Below are positions 1-11,395 of a stretch of DNA of 64,000 nucleotides, piece by piece. The stretch is taken from NCBI GenBank assembly GCA_038142325.1, contig JAYQJW010000002.1, forward strand, positions 448,001-512,000, read 5' to 3'. A program made the translations under genes and the position numbers. The stretch comes from Gammaproteobacteria bacterium (GTDB lineage Bacteria > Pseudomonadota > Gammaproteobacteria > GCA-002705445 > GCA-002716945). Position 1 is the stretch's first letter. Each line of letters begins with the position of its first letter. Below the pieces are notes generated by a model. The model had not been told where the DNA came from and searched no databases. It saw only the letters and a program-made list of their open reading frames with translations.

Positions 1-1
1 T

Positions 2-829
2 ACACATTATATAGCAAAATTCAATTTTTATAAGTCATTTGCAAACAAGACTCGTGTAATATCCGTCGTTGCGAAAGAAGCGGAAATTAAACCTATTAAT
101 AAGATATATCCTGCAACATCAGTGATAGAAGCTAATAGATCATTTGATGTCACATCAAAAACAAGTGGCATTTTAAATGATATTTTTTTTAACGAATCAT
201 CTTTTGTAAAAAAAGGAGATAAGCTTTTTTCAATTCTATCAACTTCATCTATTGGAGAAATAGTTATATCTGCTCCCTTTAACGGGTTTGTGGGTATTAC
301 TGATTTTAAAATTGGTGATGAATTAAAAAACGGCGACGTATTATTAACGCTTGATGATATGGTGACCATGAAAGCATATTTGTATTTACCAGAAAAAATT
401 TTACCTCAATTAAAAGGACCTATCAAATACACTGCGTATTCAAAGTTATTTCCCAAAGAAAAATATACTGGAGTCATTACTAATATTAATCAAAGAGTTG
501 ATGCTGAAACAAGAACAATCAAATCATATGCTTTGATTGATAATAAAAATGGAGCATTAAGGCCAGGTCTCTTGCTTAATATAGATATTATTCTAGAGGA
601 AATTCCTGATGCTATTCTTGTTCCTGAACAGTCAATTCTAACCGCTGAGGATTATAGCTATGTTTTTATAGTTGAAGAAGATATTTCGAAACTTAAAAAA
701 ATTACATCCGGTATTAACAATAAAGGTATGACACAAATTCTTTCTGGTATAAATGAGGGTGATCTTGTTGTAACACTAGGACAAGAGAAACTTAAAGATG
801 GTTCAAAAATTAAATTAATTAGCGAATAA
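2..829 (+). CDS. RND efflux periplasmic adaptor (membrane fusion protein), 5' truncated by window edge
   Basis: Frame is open from position 2; lipoyl-like 'ISAPFNGFV', 'VDAETRT', 'LRPG', 'VPEQSI' MFP motifs; directly upstream of an AcrB-family gene. Confidence 0.9.
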   Translation, partial: THYIAKFNFYKSFANKTRVISVVAKEAEIKPINKIYPATSVIEANRSFDVTSKTSGILNDIFFNESSFVKKGDKLFSILSTSSIGEIVISAPFNGFVGITDFKIGDELKNGDVLLTLDDMVTMKAYLYLPEKILPQLKGPIKYTAYSKLFPKEKYTGVITNINQRVDAETRTIKSYALIDNKNGALRPGLLLNIDIILEEIPDAILVPEQSILTAEDYSYVFIVEEDISKLKKITSGINNKGMTQILSGINEGDLVVTLGQEKLKDGSKIKLISE

Positions 830-3800
830 TGCATATATCTGAAACTACAGTAAAAAGACCTGTATTGGCTGCCGTTCTGAGCTTATTCGTAGTGCTTATA
901 GGGATAGCCTCCTATGACAAACTTACAATAAGAGAATACCCAGACATTGACCGTCCAGTTGTGACAGTCACCACAGTATACAAAGGCGCATCATCAAAGA
1001 TACTTGAGCGAGATGTGACTCAAATTATAGAAGACTCATTAGCTGGTATATCAGGTATTAGAGAAATAACATCTGAAAGTAAAGATGAGGTTTCAAAAAT
1101 TCGAGTAGAATTTAATCTTGAAACTAAAATAGATTCAGCTGCAAACGATGTTAGGGATAAAGTTTCAAGAGTAGCTGCCTTGTTACCTGATCAAGCAGAT
1201 AGCCCTAGAATTGCTAAATCTGATTCTGATGCTCGAGCGATGATGTGGATTGGTTTCTCAAGCGATATATTAACCTCAATTCAATTAAATGATTACCTGG
1301 AAAGAAATGTTGTTGATAGGTTATCTATTCAACCTGGTGTTGCTTCTATTACTATAGGGGGTGAGCGAAAGTATTCTGTAAGAGTTTGGATGGATCCTGA
1401 ATTAATTTCATCTCGACAGCTAACTGTAATAGATGTCATCAAAGCAATTAAAGAGGAAAATATTGAAAGAGGCGCAGGTCGATTTGAATCTAAGGAGAGG
1501 GAGATTGGTTTAAAACTTGATTCCAAGCTCAAGACATTAGAAGAGTACAATAAAATTGTAATTAAGCACTATGGTGATTCTAAAATATATTTATCTGATG
1601 TAGCAAGAGTTGAAATCGGACCTGAATCAGATAGAGGATTTTTAAGAGCAAATAAAAAAAGTGCAATCGGACTAGGTATCGTAAGACAAACTAAGTCAAA
1701 TGTTCTTGATGTTGCAAATAGTATTAAATCAGAACTGGAACTTATAGAACCCTCTTTACCTGAAAGTATAGATATGTCAATTGGTTATGATCAGTCTAAA
1801 TTTGTAAATGAATCAATAAGCGAAATTCGATTTGCTCTGACAGTATCCATGATACTTGTTATCTTAATTATCTATTATTTTTTATCATCTAAGACAGCTA
1901 CAATAATACCAGCTGTTACTATACCAATTTCACTCATAGGCACTTTTTTCATTATATATATATTTGGTTATTCTCTGAATGTCCTTACATTTTTAGCGCT
2001 TGTATTAGCTATAGGCTTAATAGTCGATGACTCCATTGTTGTGATGGAGAATATAAAAAGAAGAATAGAGAATGGAGAGGATAATTACACTGCTTCAATA
2101 AATGGTGCAAAACAAATTACTTTCGTTGTAATAGCAACCACACTAGTTCTTGTAAGTGTGTTTCTCCCTCTATCTTTTATGGGTGGTAAAACCGGCAGGC
2201 TTTTCATAGAATTTGGGGTAGTTTTATCTTTCGCAGTTATTATTTCAAGTTTCATTGCACTTACATTAACTCCAATGATGTGCTCAAAACTACTGGAAAA
2301 TGATAAAAATAATACACAAAGACAATTATTTTTAAAATTTAAAGATTTCTATCATAAATCATTGATAGTGTCTCAATCTAATAAGAAAATCGTATACACC
2401 ATTACCATCTTTTTTATCATTATATCTATCCTATTGTTTCAATTTATATCAAAAGAAATTGCACCTTCTGAAGATCGAGGCCTATTTATTGTATCAGTGA
2501 ATGCTCCTGAGGGTTCATCTTTGGAATATACAAATAAAATGGTCACAAAAGTAGAAGATATTCTAATGAAATATGTAGAAAAAGGAGAGGTTAAAACTGT
2601 TTTTGCAATTGTAGCTCCTGGTTTCTCTGGACAACCTGGCAGTGTCAACTCTGCCTTCATATTTGCATCGCTAGTTCCGTGGGAAGACAGATCTAGGCAT
2701 CAAAAAGAAATTGTTCGAGAGATTTTTCCACAACTGATATCAATGCCTGGCGCTATGATATTCACTATTAACCCGCCAAGCTTAGGTCAAAGCCCATTTA
2801 AATCACCTGTGAGAGTTGTTATTAGCGGAAATGATTATAAAGAAGTGGGTGATTGGGGAATTTAGTAAAAGATATATCACAAGACATTGGTTTAAGAAAT
2901 GCTAGGATTGATTATAAGATTGATAAACCAAGATTAAATTTGAAAATTAACCGGGATGCAGCATCAAATCTTGGTGTGTCTGCCGATGATATTGCTACTA
3001 CACTTGAATCGCTGTATGGATCAAGACAAGTTACTAACTATTCATACAACGGACTTACATACAACGTTATCATAAAAGCAGATGATAATTTTCTTATTAA
3101 CGAAAGAAATTTGGATAATATTTTTATTAAATCAAGTACAACTAATAAATTAATACCTTTAAGTAATTTAGTTACTAATTTCAAAGAGGGGACTAGTAAT
3201 AGTTTAAAAAGAGTAAACAGATTACCCTCGGTGACTCTATCTTCTTCTATATCTCCAGGATCATCACTTGGTGATACTCTCGATAATTTGGTAAACAAAT
3301 CAAAAAATGCTCTCTCTTCTAATGCAAAATTATCCTTTGCAGGTGCCTCAAAAGAATATTTTGAAACTGGTTATAAACTTGAACTTACAATTATACTTGC
3401 CATCTTAGTTGTTTATTTAGTTCTTTCTGCACAATTTGAGAGTTTTAGAAATCCATTAATAATAATTTTAACAATACCTATTACGTTGACAGCTGGTATA
3501 TATTCACTTTTTGTTACAGGCACTTCGTTAAATGTTTATAGTCAAATTGGTTTTCTAATGTTAATAGGGCTTATAGCTAAAAATGGTATTTTAGTTGTAG
3601 AATTTGCAAATCAATTAAAACTAGAGGGTATGAAAAAAGCAGAAGCAATTGTAGAGTCATCGTTATTAAGATTTAGACCAGTTGTTATGACAACTTTATC
3701 GACATTACTGGGTGCTATCCCTCTCATCTTGAGTAGCGGTGCTGGTGCTGAAAGTCGATTTGCAATGGCAATTGTAGTATTTGGCGGAATAGGACTAGCC

Positions 3801-3860
3801 TCTTTTATCACCCTCTATCTAATTCCTGCCTTATATATTTTAATAGAAAAGGATGACTAA
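829..3860 (+). CDS. RND efflux transporter permease (AcrB/MdtB family); one frameshift near 2860
   Basis: ORFs 829..2865 and 2853..3860 together give about 1010 aa; 'KRPVLA', 'GLIVDDSIVVMENI', 'KNGILVVEFAN', 'RFRPVVMT' motifs. Confidence 0.93.
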
Positions 3861-4183
3861 TTCTTTGGAATAATCTTAAGACCTTTTTGTTTAGAATAAT
3901 ATGTCGATAAGTCGATGATGTCTTGCTCAGATAAGCCTGCTGCAAAACCACTCATAATTGCATTTTTTCTATCACCAGATTTATATGCTTTCAACGAATG
4001 TATCAGATAATTTTTATATTGACCTGCTAATCTTGGATACATCTTATTATTACTATTACCATCTGCTCCATGGCATGCAGCACATGTGATTGATTTTTCT
4101 TTTCCACGATCAAAACTTGAATCAGCCAGTGAAGAATGAGTAACAATTAAAAACAATACTAATATGAAATTTATCCTAATCAT
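3857..4183 (-). CDS. Monoheme cytochrome c (c4/c553-like), exported
   Basis: Signal peptide, CAACHG heme site, 'YPRLAGQ', distal Met in 'NAIMSG'. Confidence 0.9.
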   Translation of the reverse strand: MIRINFILVLFLIVTHSSLADSSFDRGKEKSITCAACHGADGNSNNKMYPRLAGQYKNYLIHSLKAYKSGDRKNAIMSGFAAGLSEQDIIDLSTYYSKQKGLKIIPKN

Positions 4184-4485
4184 TGAATTGACTCGAAATA
4201 TTTAGCTATATCAATAATATCTTGATCAGATAGCCCTGAAGCATTTGCATGCATAGTCTCATGGTTTCTGTCTCTTTTTTGATAAGACTTCAATGCAGAA
4301 ACAATATAATCTGAATGTTGCCCACCTAATTTAGGTACTTTGTATGTAGGATATGTATTGTTGTATCCCTCAATAGCATGACAGCCTAAACAAGTTTCAG
4401 ATTTCTCTCTGCCTGTATACTCATCAGCATTCGATATAGAGAGTGTTAGGGAAAATAAGATTATGCTTTTAAATATAGCTTTCAT
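4180..4485 (-). CDS. Monoheme cytochrome c (c4/c553-like), exported
   Basis: Signal peptide, CLGCH heme site, 'VPKLGGQH', 'HETMH'. Confidence 0.9.
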   Translation of the reverse strand: MKAIFKSIILFSLTLSISNADEYTGREKSETCLGCHAIEGYNNTYPTYKVPKLGGQHSDYIVSALKSYQKRDRNHETMHANASGLSDQDIIDIAKYFESIQ

Positions 4486-4583
4486 AAAATCTGTGGCATT
4501 ATAGCACTAAATTTATAAGAGATAAAATAAGATTTTTTTTGTATAATGTTGATGAAAATCAATAAATAACACACTCAAAAAAT

Positions 4584-4793
4584 ATGCCAATATATGAATA
4601 TAAATGTAAAGTCTGCGACAAGGTGTTCGAGGCTATGCAGAAAATATCAGATAAAAAACTTACTAATTGTAAGTGTGGTAAAAACGGTGCCGTTGAACGC
4701 ATGGTATCATCTTCTGGTTTTAGACTGAAAGGTTCTGGATGGTATGAAACCGATTTTAAGACAAAGAAATCAGAGAAAAAAACGGATACATAA
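4584..4793 (+). CDS. FmdB-family zinc-ribbon protein
   Basis: 'MPIYEYKC..C', 'FRLKGSGWYETDF' signature; usual position upstream of aspS. Confidence 0.9.
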   Translation: MPIYEYKCKVCDKVFEAMQKISDKKLTNCKCGKNGAVERMVSSSGFRLKGSGWYETDFKTKKSEKKTDT

Positions 4794-4795
4794 GT

Positions 4796-6567
4796 ATGAA
4801 AAGACACTACTGTGGTCTCATTGACTCTGAATATATAAATGAGACTATAACTCTAAACGGATGGGTGAATACACGAAGAGATCATGGTGGAGTGATATTT
4901 ATAGACCTCAGAGATCATACTGGCCTTGTCCAGGCTGTTTTCAATCCTGATGTTAAAGATATTTTTGAAACAGCACAATCTATTAGATCCGAGTATGTTC
5001 TCGAGTTAAGCGGAGTAATTGCAAAAAGAAAAGAGGGTACCAATAACCCTGATATGCCAACAGGGGATATAGAATTAATAGTTGAGAAGGTTGATATACT
5101 TAACATATCACAAACTACTCCATTCAAAGTAAATGACAATAGCATTAACGAAGATTTAAGGCTGCAGTACAGATATATTGATCTAAGAAGTACGGAGATG
5201 CAAAATAATTTAAGATTTAGATCTAAGCTATACAGTGTCATACGTAATCATTTATCAGAAATAGATTTTAATGAAATAGAAACACCTATACTTACTAAGC
5301 CTACACCAGAAGGAGCTAGAGATTATATAGTTCCAAGTAGAGTACATAAGGGAAGTTTTTTTGCTTTACCGCAATCACCACAGTTGTTCAAACAGATGTT
5401 AATGATGTCTGGTTTTGATAAATATTATCAAATTGCAAAATGTTTTCGTGATGAGGATTTAAGAGCAGATCGCCAACCTGAATTCACTCAACTTGATATT
5501 GAATGCGCATTTTTTAATGAAGATCAAATTATGGAATTATCTGAATCTTTAATGAAAAAAATATTTAAATCTCTTATTGATGACAAGATATCATTAACTT
5601 TCCCACGAATCACCTTTAAAGAAGCTATTCTAAAATTTGGTTGTGACAAACCCGACCTTAGAAACCCACTTTTTTTAGTCGATATAGCTAATTATTTACA
5701 AAGTACTGAGTTTAAAGTTTTCAAAGATTGTGTTGATAGCCCTAATAGTAGAATAGCTGCTCTCAAAGTGCCGGGAGGCTTAAAGTTAACTCGTAAAAAT
5801 ATTGATGAATATACTGATTTAGTAAAAACATTTGGGGCAAAAGGACTTGCATATCTAAAAATTGAAAATATCGAGGATATAGATACTGGCATTAATTCTC
5901 CTATTAAAAAATTCTTAACCAATGATGAGATAGCCAATATCCTAAAATCTGTAGATGCATCTGATGGAGATTTAATCTTTTTCTCTGCAGATAAAAGTGA
6001 TGTTGTTAATAATTCTATGTCCGCCTTAATAACTAGAATTGGTAACGACCTCGAATTAATATCAGATGGATACAAATTTGCATGGATTGTTGATTATCCT
6101 ATGTTTGAGTATGAAAAAGGAACTAAAAAATTGACCTCACTTCATCACCCATTTACATCACCATCAGACACATCTGCTGAATATGATGATACTACATTAT
6201 CTAGAGCATATGACCTTACACTGAATGGTAATGAAATTGGCGGAGGATCAGTTCGTATTCATGATAAGTCAACTCAATTGAAGGTCTTCAAAGCTCTTAA
6301 TTTATCTGATGAAGAGATACAGAGTAAGTTTGGTTTTTTTATTGAATCTCTTGGTTTTGGATGTCCACCTCATGCGGGTATTGCATTTGGTTTAGATAGG
6401 ATTGTAATGCTTTTAAGAAATTTATCCTCCATAAGAGATACTATAGCTTTTCCAAAGACTCAATCATCAGCATGCTTGTTGACAGATGTGCACCGACCGA
6501 AATTAATTCTGAACAATTAAGAGAACTAAATATTAAAAAAGTAAACCCTCATAAATATGAATTCTGA
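4796..6567 (+). CDS. aspS: Aspartate--tRNA ligase; frameshift near 6490 affects the extreme C-terminus
   Basis: 'RRDHGGVIFIDLRD', 'ALPQSPQLFKQ', 'FRDEDLRADRQPEFTQ', 'PPHAGIAFGLDR'; tail 'PTEINSEQLRELNI' continues in another frame to TGA 6567. Confidence 0.96.
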
Positions 6568-7550
6568 TAATTATATAAATCAATTGAACTCGATAAAGAA
6601 ATTCTTATCAGAAAATAATGCCAAGTTGATATCTCATTATTATGTTGACTCTGAAATACAAAAGATAACAGAAGACACAGGGGGATGTGTTGCAGATTCC
6701 TTGCAAATGGCTAAATTTGGCACTCAACAAAAAGAACAAAATCTTATTATTGCAGGTGTTAAGTTTATGGGTGAAACCGCTAAAATACTCAACCCTGAAA
6801 AAAATATCTTTGTCCTTGATAAGGACGCAACATGTTCTCTTGACGAAAGTTGTAGTTATGAATCATTTAAGGACTATTGTGATAAATATCCTGATAGAGA
6901 AGTTGTTGTATATGCTAATACTAGCGCTAAAGTTAAAGCAATTGCTGATTGGGTTGTTACTTCAAGTATTGCAATACCTGTTATCGAGTCTCTAGTAAAA
7001 TCGGGTAAAAAAATTATCTGGGCACCTGATAAATATTTAGGTTCATACATTCAAGATCAAACTGGTATAGATATGAAAATTTGGGATGGATCTTGCGTTG
7101 TTCATGAAGAATATAAAACTCTTGAACTCAAAAAGCTGATTAATAAACTTGATGATTGTGAAGTCCTTGTTCATCCTGAATCCCCTCGTAGCATAATTCA
7201 ACTTGCTGACGTAGTTGGATCAACAACAAAATTAATTAATGCATCAAAATCTAGTAAATCTAAAAACATAATTGTTGCAACTGAAAAGGGAATCTTTTAT
7301 CAAATGAAAAAACTTTCGCCTGAGAAAAATTTCTATGAGGCTCCTACAGAAGGTGAAGGCGCTACATGTAAAAGTTGTGGAAGGTGCCCATGGATGAATC
7401 TTAATACTCTTGATAAAATTAAAAATATATTTAGCAGCTCAAAATGAAATAACATTAGACAGCGAAACTATTATTGCAGCAAAGAAATCTATAAATAGAA
7501 TGATAGACTTTGAAGATCAATATTTTAGCAAAAACCAGAGGGCATCATAA
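6557..7550 (+). CDS. nadA: Quinolinate synthase; frameshift near 7443
   Basis: 'HYY', 'GVKFMGETAKILNP', 'YANTSA', 'HPE', 'CPWM'; tail 'NEITLD...RMIDF' continues in another frame to TAA 7550. Confidence 0.95.
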
Positions 7551-8263
7551 TGGCGGGACATAGTAAATGGGCTAATATACAACATAGAAAAAAAGCTCAA
7601 GATAATAAACGCGGTAAAGTATTTACAAAGATAATTAGGGAAATTACTGTTGCTGTAAGATTGGGTGGTCCTGATATTACAAGCAACTCAAGATTACGAT
7701 TAGCAATGACGAAGGCTAATAAAAATAGTGTACCAAAGGATACTATTGAAAGAGCAATAAAAAAAGGTTCGGGACAAAGTGACAGTTCATTTGAGGAAAT
7801 CACCTATGAAGGTTATGGCCCAAAAGGAATTGCTGTAATTATTGAATGTTTAACAGACAACAAAAACAGGACGGTATCTGAGGTGAGACATGCGCTTACG
7901 AAATATAATGGAAGCCTAGGAACAAAAGGTTCTGTATCTCATTTATTTAGAAAGATAGGAATACTCACACTAGTAGATTTTTCAGAGGATGATCTTATTA
8001 ATTATTTTGATGACATTGAAATATTAGATTATGAAGAAACAGAAAACAATTGCATCATCAATACCGATCCCTCTCAATTATTTGCTGTTAAATCATTTTT
8101 TGATTCTAAATCTGTACAGACAAAAGACGAGGAGCTTATTTTAGAGCCAATTACCATGTGCGATATATCTGATAGTGATATTGAACAAGTTCAGTTATTC
8201 ACCGATAACCTTGAGGAATTAGATGATGTTCAGAATATTTACACAAACGTTAATATAGTTTAG
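7550..8263 (+). CDS. yebC: YebC/PmpR family protein
   Basis: 'MAGHSKWANI', 'YEGYGP', 'TDNKNRT', 'LEELDDVQNIY'. Confidence 0.96.
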   Translation: MAGHSKWANIQHRKKAQDNKRGKVFTKIIREITVAVRLGGPDITSNSRLRLAMTKANKNSVPKDTIERAIKKGSGQSDSSFEEITYEGYGPKGIAVIIECLTDNKNRTVSEVRHALTKYNGSLGTKGSVSHLFRKIGILTLVDFSEDDLINYFDDIEILDYEETENNCIINTDPSQLFAVKSFFDSKSVQTKDEELILEPITMCDISDSDIEQVQLFTDNLEELDDVQNIYTNVNIV

Positions 8264-8269
8264 TTCATC

Positions 8270-8767
8270 ATGACTATTATATTAGGTATTGACCCAGGCA
8301 CTAATAAAACAGGCTATGGGATAATAAACTATGATAAAAACGAACCAAAATATATACATCATGAAGTGCTAAAAACAGGTCTTAAAAATAAATATACTAT
8401 TAAACTATCTCTTATTCATGACAACACAAAAAGATTGATAGAAATCTATCAACCTAATGAAATTGCTCTTGAGTCTGTTTTTTTTAGTGTTAATGCAGGT
8501 ACAGCAATCAAGTTAGGCCAAGCAAGAGGTGCTGCACTATCAGCCTGCAGTGGAGAATTAAGAAATGTTTTCGAGTATAGTCCTAGAAAAGTTAAAATGA
8601 TTATAACTGGTAATGGCGCCTCAGATAAAGATGAGGTACAAAAATATGTTAAACGGAAACTTAGACTAAGAAGAAAACTTGAGGAGGATGCGTCTGATGC
8701 ATTAGGAGTTGCCTTATGTCATGGTTACACAAAAATTAATCATCCTGAACAAGTTAATTCTATATGA
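8270..8767 (+). CDS. ruvC: Holliday junction resolvase RuvC
   Basis: 'ILGIDPG', 'LGQARG', 'EYSP..VK', 'DASDALGVALCH'. Confidence 0.96.
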   Translation: MTIILGIDPGTNKTGYGIINYDKNEPKYIHHEVLKTGLKNKYTIKLSLIHDNTKRLIEIYQPNEIALESVFFSVNAGTAIKLGQARGAALSACSGELRNVFEYSPRKVKMIITGNGASDKDEVQKYVKRKLRLRRKLEEDASDALGVALCHGYTKINHPEQVNSI

Positions 8768-9414
8768 GTAAGGTAAATACATTAATTATTAATGAAATTT
8801 TTCATTCCATACAAGGCGAAACATCTCGTACAGGTTTACCAACCACATTTATTAGACTAACTGGATGTCCATTGAGATGCTCATATTGTGATACAGAATA
8901 TGCTTTTACTAATGGCTCCAAAATGTCATTCGATGAGATTATTAAAACACTTAAAAAATATAATTCAAAATATCTCACAGTCACTGGAGGTGAACCTCTT
9001 GCTCAGAAAAATGTATTATTATTTTTAGAAAAAGTATGTAATTTAAATTACTCAGTTTCAATCGAAACAAGTAATTGTCTTGATATCTCAACCATAGATT
9101 CCAGAGTTTCAATAATTCTTGACATCAAGACACCTGCATCTAATGAATCTGATAAAAATAAAATCGAAAACTACAGATATCTTAAACCTAAAGATGAGAT
9201 AAAGTTTGTTATATGTAACAAAGATGATTTCATATGGGCAAAAGAATATATCTCTGAATACAATTTAGATAATTATTGTCCTGTTTTATTCTCACCATCC
9301 TATGATGAGATGTCCATTGCTGAACTTGCAGAACTTATTATTGAACATTCTTTGAATGTAAGATTGCAAACTCAACTTCATAAAGTCATTTGGGGTAACA
9401 TAAATGGTCGATAA
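8764..9414 (+). CDS. queE: 7-carboxy-7-deazaguanine synthase (radical SAM)
   Basis: 'EIFHSIQGE', CxxxCxxC 'GCPLRCSYCDT', 'TGGEP', 'QLHK'; adjacent to queC. Confidence 0.94.
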   Translation: MSKVNTLIINEIFHSIQGETSRTGLPTTFIRLTGCPLRCSYCDTEYAFTNGSKMSFDEIIKTLKKYNSKYLTVTGGEPLAQKNVLLFLEKVCNLNYSVSIETSNCLDISTIDSRVSIILDIKTPASNESDKNKIENYRYLKPKDEIKFVICNKDDFIWAKEYISEYNLDNYCPVLFSPSYDEMSIAELAELIIEHSLNVRLQTQLHKVIWGNINGR

Positions 9415-10078
9415 AAAAGCTATAGTTCTATTTTCCGGTGGCTTAGATTCTACCACAGTTCTACATCATGCAATTTCAGAGGGTTATAAATGTCTTGCTT
9501 TAACCATTGATTATAGCCAAAGACATAATTATGAAATTCAATCTAGTCAGAATTATTTAAATCATTATGATATTGATGGACTAATTTTTAAGATAGATCT
9601 CACGCAAATAGGCGGTTCTGCATTAACAGATGAAAAGATTGATGTTCCTATCGCTACTGATGATGAAATACCAATTACTTATGTTCCCGCAAGAAACACA
9701 ATTTTTTTATCTATCGCCTCAGCTTATGCTGAAAAATACAAGATTTATGATATTTTCATTGGTGTTAATCAGATTGATTATTCTGGCTATCCTGATTGCA
9801 GGCCTGAATTTATCAAGAGTATACAAACTTCAATCAATCTTGGAACTAAGTCAGGAGTAAATGGTTCTGATATACGTATCAACACACCATTAATTAATAT
9901 GTCAAAAAAAGAAATCATTAAATATGGTTATAATCTAGGTATTGACTATTCTAAAACAGTTTCTTGTTACCAACTGGATAATGAAGGAAGAGCATGCGGT
10001 AAATGTGATGCATGCAATTTTAGAAAAGAAGGATTTAGATTGGCGGGGATTGAAGACCCTACAAGATATAAAAATTGA
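9404..10078 (+). CDS. queC: 7-cyano-7-deazaguanine synthase
   Basis: 'SGGLDS', 'YVPARN', 'SGYPDCR', 'SCY', 'CGKCDAC'. Confidence 0.96.
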   Translation: MVDKKAIVLFSGGLDSTTVLHHAISEGYKCLALTIDYSQRHNYEIQSSQNYLNHYDIDGLIFKIDLTQIGGSALTDEKIDVPIATDDEIPITYVPARNTIFLSIASAYAEKYKIYDIFIGVNQIDYSGYPDCRPEFIKSIQTSINLGTKSGVNGSDIRINTPLINMSKKEIIKYGYNLGIDYSKTVSCYQLDNEGRACGKCDACNFRKEGFRLAGIEDPTRYKN

Positions 10079-10115
10079 AAAATTATTAAAAATATATAAA
10101 CTGTGATTTTGTACT

Positions 10116-11315
10116 ATGGAATCAGCAACAACAATATTAATTTACACTTCAATATTAGGGTTTATCCTTGGTTACGTTGTTAACAAAACTAATTTCTGCA
10201 CCATGGGTGCAGTGTCTGATTTAGTTAATATCGGGGATACATCTAGATTAAAAGCATGGTTTTTAGCAATCGCTATTGCGATTTTAGGAGTAACCATTTT
10301 AGAATTAGTCGGAGCTATAAATGTAAATGATTCAAGAATTCCATACAGGAACTCTGTTTTATTTTGGCCACGATATATTGTTGGCGGAATTATGTTCGGT
10401 ATCGGGATGACCCTAGCAAGTGGGTGTGGTAACAAGATTCTTATAAGAATAGGCGGCGGTAACTTAAAATCAATTTTTGTTCTTCTTATTGCAGGTCTAA
10501 TGGCACTTCTCATGACTCGAACTGATTTCTACGGACTCTTGTTCCACAGTTGGATGAGCCCATTAAGCCCTGACCTTGCTAAGCTTGGTATAAATGATCA
10601 ATCAATTCAGACTATAATTTCATCGATTTTTAGATTGGACTCTGGAAATATATTTTCAACTCTCTTTGTCCCATTAATAACAATATTTTTCCTATTCAAG
10701 TTTATATTTTCATCTAATAAAAAATTAAGCGCTGATAATATTACATCTGGTATTGTTGTTGGCTTAGTTGTAGTTTTTGCCTGGTTACTTACAGGTGGTC
10801 AGCTCGGGCAAGCATGGATTGAAAACAATGATTTTCTTGATACACCATACCCAGCAGTTGGCGTTCAATCATTTACATTTATTAACCCGATGGGTGAAGC
10901 TTTATTGTATACCACCAGTGGATTAAACTCATTTTTCCTAACATTTGGTGTAGCAGCATTATTGTCTACTATCTTTGGTTCATTTGTTTATGCACTCATC
11001 AGTAAAAACCTTAGACTTGAATGGTTTGTTAATAAACATGACTTTATAAGACATTTAGTTGGTGGCATTTTGATTGGTATCGGTGGAGTACTCTCTCTTG
11101 GTTGCACAATTGGTCAAGGAGTGACAGGTGTATCTACACTAGCCATAGGATCTATCATCACACTCATCTCAATAATATTTGGCGCTTCATTAATGATGAA
11201 AATCGAGTATTATAAAGCTGTATATGAAGACAGTAGTTTTTCTGAACTTCTTAAAAATTCGTTGATAGACTTAAGAGTGCTTCCAGAAAAAATTAGGACA
11301 CTTGAGAAAATTTAG
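10116..11315 (+). CDS. YeeE/YedE (SoxT/TsuA-like) sulfur-compound transporter
   Basis: Multi-TM protein with the three conserved Cys motifs 'NFCTMGA', 'LASGCG', 'LGCTIGQG'; near sox genes. Confidence 0.9.
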   Translation: MESATTILIYTSILGFILGYVVNKTNFCTMGAVSDLVNIGDTSRLKAWFLAIAIAILGVTILELVGAINVNDSRIPYRNSVLFWPRYIVGGIMFGIGMTLASGCGNKILIRIGGGNLKSIFVLLIAGLMALLMTRTDFYGLLFHSWMSPLSPDLAKLGINDQSIQTIISSIFRLDSGNIFSTLFVPLITIFFLFKFIFSSNKKLSADNITSGIVVGLVVVFAWLLTGGQLGQAWIENNDFLDTPYPAVGVQSFTFINPMGEALLYTTSGLNSFFLTFGVAALLSTIFGSFVYALISKNLRLEWFVNKHDFIRHLVGGILIGIGGVLSLGCTIGQGVTGVSTLAIGSIITLISIIFGASLMMKIEYYKAVYEDSSFSELLKNSLIDLRVLPEKIRTLEKI

Positions 11316-11322
11316 TATATTC

Positions 11323-11395
11323 GGGGCGTTAGCTCAGTTGGTAGAGCAGTGGCCTTTTAAGCCATTTGTCACAGGTTCGAATCCTGTACGCCCTA
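11323..11395 (+). tRNA. tRNA-Lys(UUU), no encoded CCA
   Basis: Acceptor GGGGCGT/ACGCCCT, D arm GCTC/GAGC, anticodon arm GTGGC-CT-TTT-AA-GCCAT, T loop TTCGAAT. Confidence 0.97.
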
